Source: Felis catus (lineage: Eukaryota). Taken from it: a stretch of DNA of 64,000 nt. Below are positions 62,138 through 64,000 of the stretch, in pieces. The notes below the pieces were generated by a model. The model was not told the origin of the DNA. It did not search any database and was given only the letters and a program-made list of their open reading frames with translations. The position numbers and the translations under genes are program-made. Where the stretch lies: the NCBI RefSeq assembly GCF_018350175.1, contig NC_058373.1, positions 105,588,001 through 105,652,000 of the forward strand. The letters are read 5' to 3'. Each line of letters begins with the position of its first letter. Position 1 is the first letter of the stretch.

Positions 62138-62784
62138 TGCTGTTGTCTTTAATCAGTCTTTTGCTTCATTATTCTGTTGTGCTTGGGTCACCATCCACTT
62201 CCTACTTCCTAAATCCAGTGGGCCCTCTCAGTCTCAGTCATACATGAGCACTACATGAATACATATAAGCAATAACACATGTATTATTGTTCACTTGGCT
62301 TCCATAATATTGATCTCTACTTATATTGTAACCATGCCTTCTCAGTCTTCTTCAGAATTTTTTTTTCTCATCCCTTCCATGTGTTAGCCTTCTCTGAAGT
62401 TCTTTTTTCTGGGTCTTCTCCTTTCCTCTCCCTCCCCCTGTCTCTCTTGGTATTCAGGATTTCTCCTTGAAGGATCCCTATCCCTATTTTCGCCCCTAAA
62501 ACCATATCCCTAGATCTGGCACCATTTATAACAAAGACTGAAAAATATCTACAAAAATGAGCACCACAGAGGTCTGTGTTTTCCTTAGTGAATGCTCTCT
62601 TGGTGAATAAGTAAGATGGAAATCAAATGGGGCTGGCTTCAGAGTGGGAAGGAAGTGAGGAAACAGAAAAAGCAAGGATAAACAACTCTTGACAAGCATG
62701 GCTATAAGGGAGGCTATCTTTGAGGTTGGACAATCAAGTACCTTTTTTTATTGTTAAGTTTGCAAAAACATGGACTTTTGAAAA

Positions 62785-63000
62785 ACTTTATTTATTTTGA
62801 GAGAGAAAGAGACAGACAGAGAGACAGAGAAAGAGAGAGAGAACAAGTCAGGGAGGGTCAGAAAGGGAGGGAAACAGAGAATCCAAGGCAGACTGCATTG
62901 TCAACGCAGAGCCTGATGTGGGGCTCAAACCCACAAACAGTGAGATCATGACCTGAGCCAAAGTTGGATGCTCAACTGATTGAGCCACCCAGGTGCCCCC
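62785..63000 (-). mobile_element. Can-SINE
   Basis: Reverse SINE ending ccaggtgccccc; decayed TSD beginning aaacatg. Confidence 0.94.
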
Positions 63001-64000
63001 AAACATGAAAATGTGTAAATGCTATTGGCATTGGGAAGGATTCACTAGAGGGGGCAAGCCTAAAATGCAGGAATGAGAAGAGAATGGATACAAGAATGGA
63101 CTCCAAAGTAGAAGGAGAGGGAAGGCAGATGAGGCAGATGCATGTACATTTGCTGAGGATGAGGGAGTTCCTGTCCCCATGGCAAGGTGACAGTTGAAAT
63201 GGGGGATATTGCTACAGCCACCTTTGGGAAATGCAGTCTGCCACCGAGGTTGAAGATGTTTAAGAGGTTAAGGCATGTTTAAGAGGTTGAAGGGTTAAGG
63301 CATGGGGGAACATAAAGCATACCACCAACCCTGGGTGCTTGGTGTATGAGAGTAAAGAGCCTCATTTGACAGAACTATATAGAAGTGGATATATTTGAGG
63401 AGGGTCAGCTTTCCGTACATGAAAGGAAGTGGAGGAAGCCCCTGCAGGGTAGGTTGAGGTGGTAAGAGCAGTCTGATAACAGAGAGGGGACTCAGAGAGC
63501 TCAGGGGAGGGAGAGGTCAGGTTATCAAGTTGAGGATAAGGAAGGACAGAGTATTATAGCGACTGTAATGCCTGCAGAATAGATTAAAGGAGCAGGAAGC
63601 TTAGACTTGGGCATTGACGGAAAAGAACTGGGATGAGAAGATTGAATGGGTTTAGTCCTGACCGTCTCCCATTGGAAGGTAGGCGCTGGACCCAAGGGTG
63701 GATATTTTGGTTCCTTGAACTTGAGGTAGTTTCAGCCTGGTCTGACAGATTTTAGGGTAGAAGGCTTGGAGGATATAGGGGTCTATGGGTTTGGCTGTCT
63801 TGGAGCATCAGCCTGGTCTTGTTGTGCCCCGGTGATTGAAGTGTCCCCCAGTAGACGGGAGCCTCTGAGGCTAAATCATGGCTCACTTACCTTGGTATCC
63901 CAGCATCTAGCACAGTGCTACGTGTATCCAGACACTGAAAGGTGGCTGAGTAATTTAACGAATTAATGATAGAATGTGGATTCAAGCCCCAGACTGCTGA

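Larger units (their letters stand above)
60810..63970. mobile_element. Patchwork of L2 and MIR fragments between SINEs
   Basis: tatttattgagcacctact...accctcagggagttt (L2 tail), cctaaatccagtgggcc.ctcagtc, ggaagtgagg...aacaactctt, gtatcccagcatctagcacagtgc. Confidence 0.55.

Noticed and set aside
1..64000. Recurrent ORFs such as MPGWRSRLSVRLQPGHDLAVREFEP and NVYLFLGQRETEHERGRGRERGRHRIG resembling a multi-copy gene family or array
   Set aside because: They are translations of Can-SINE copies on either strand, each with TSDs and A tails.
1..64000. Inferring host gene strand from L1/LTR orientation bias
   Set aside because: L1 pieces lean minus but LTRs are mixed; too few elements to conclude.

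Overview
Mammalian, felid (cat-family) genomic DNA, identified by about 40 carnivore tRNA-derived Can-SINEs, 11 of them near-consensus young SINEC_Fc-type copies with crisp target-site duplications (TSDs). The window looks intronic or intergenic: I cannot support any host protein-coding exon, RNA gene or CpG-island promoter, and the ORF track is explained by SINEs, microsatellites, LINE/LTR relics and chance. It is a layered record of transposable elements: an intact 353-bp gammaretrovirus-type solo LTR with a 4-bp TSD, MaLR/ERVL LTRs, L1/HAL1, L2/MIR, CR1/L3, an RTE-type (L4-like) relic, and a long, heavily decayed Ty3/Gypsy pol relic (RT, RNase H, integrase motifs in order) at about 1.5-4.6 kb. 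The most unusual structures are a nearly identical inverted SINE pair 95 bp apart, a 38-bp perfect AT-rich palindrome capping a three-copy minisatellite, a SINE dimer inside one TSD, an L1 with twin-priming geometry, and a tiny polyadenylated retrocopy of an ERV R region. I found no evidence for a new multi-gene biological system. Repeat subfamily names are from recalled consensus patterns, not database searches, and boundaries of old elements are approximate.
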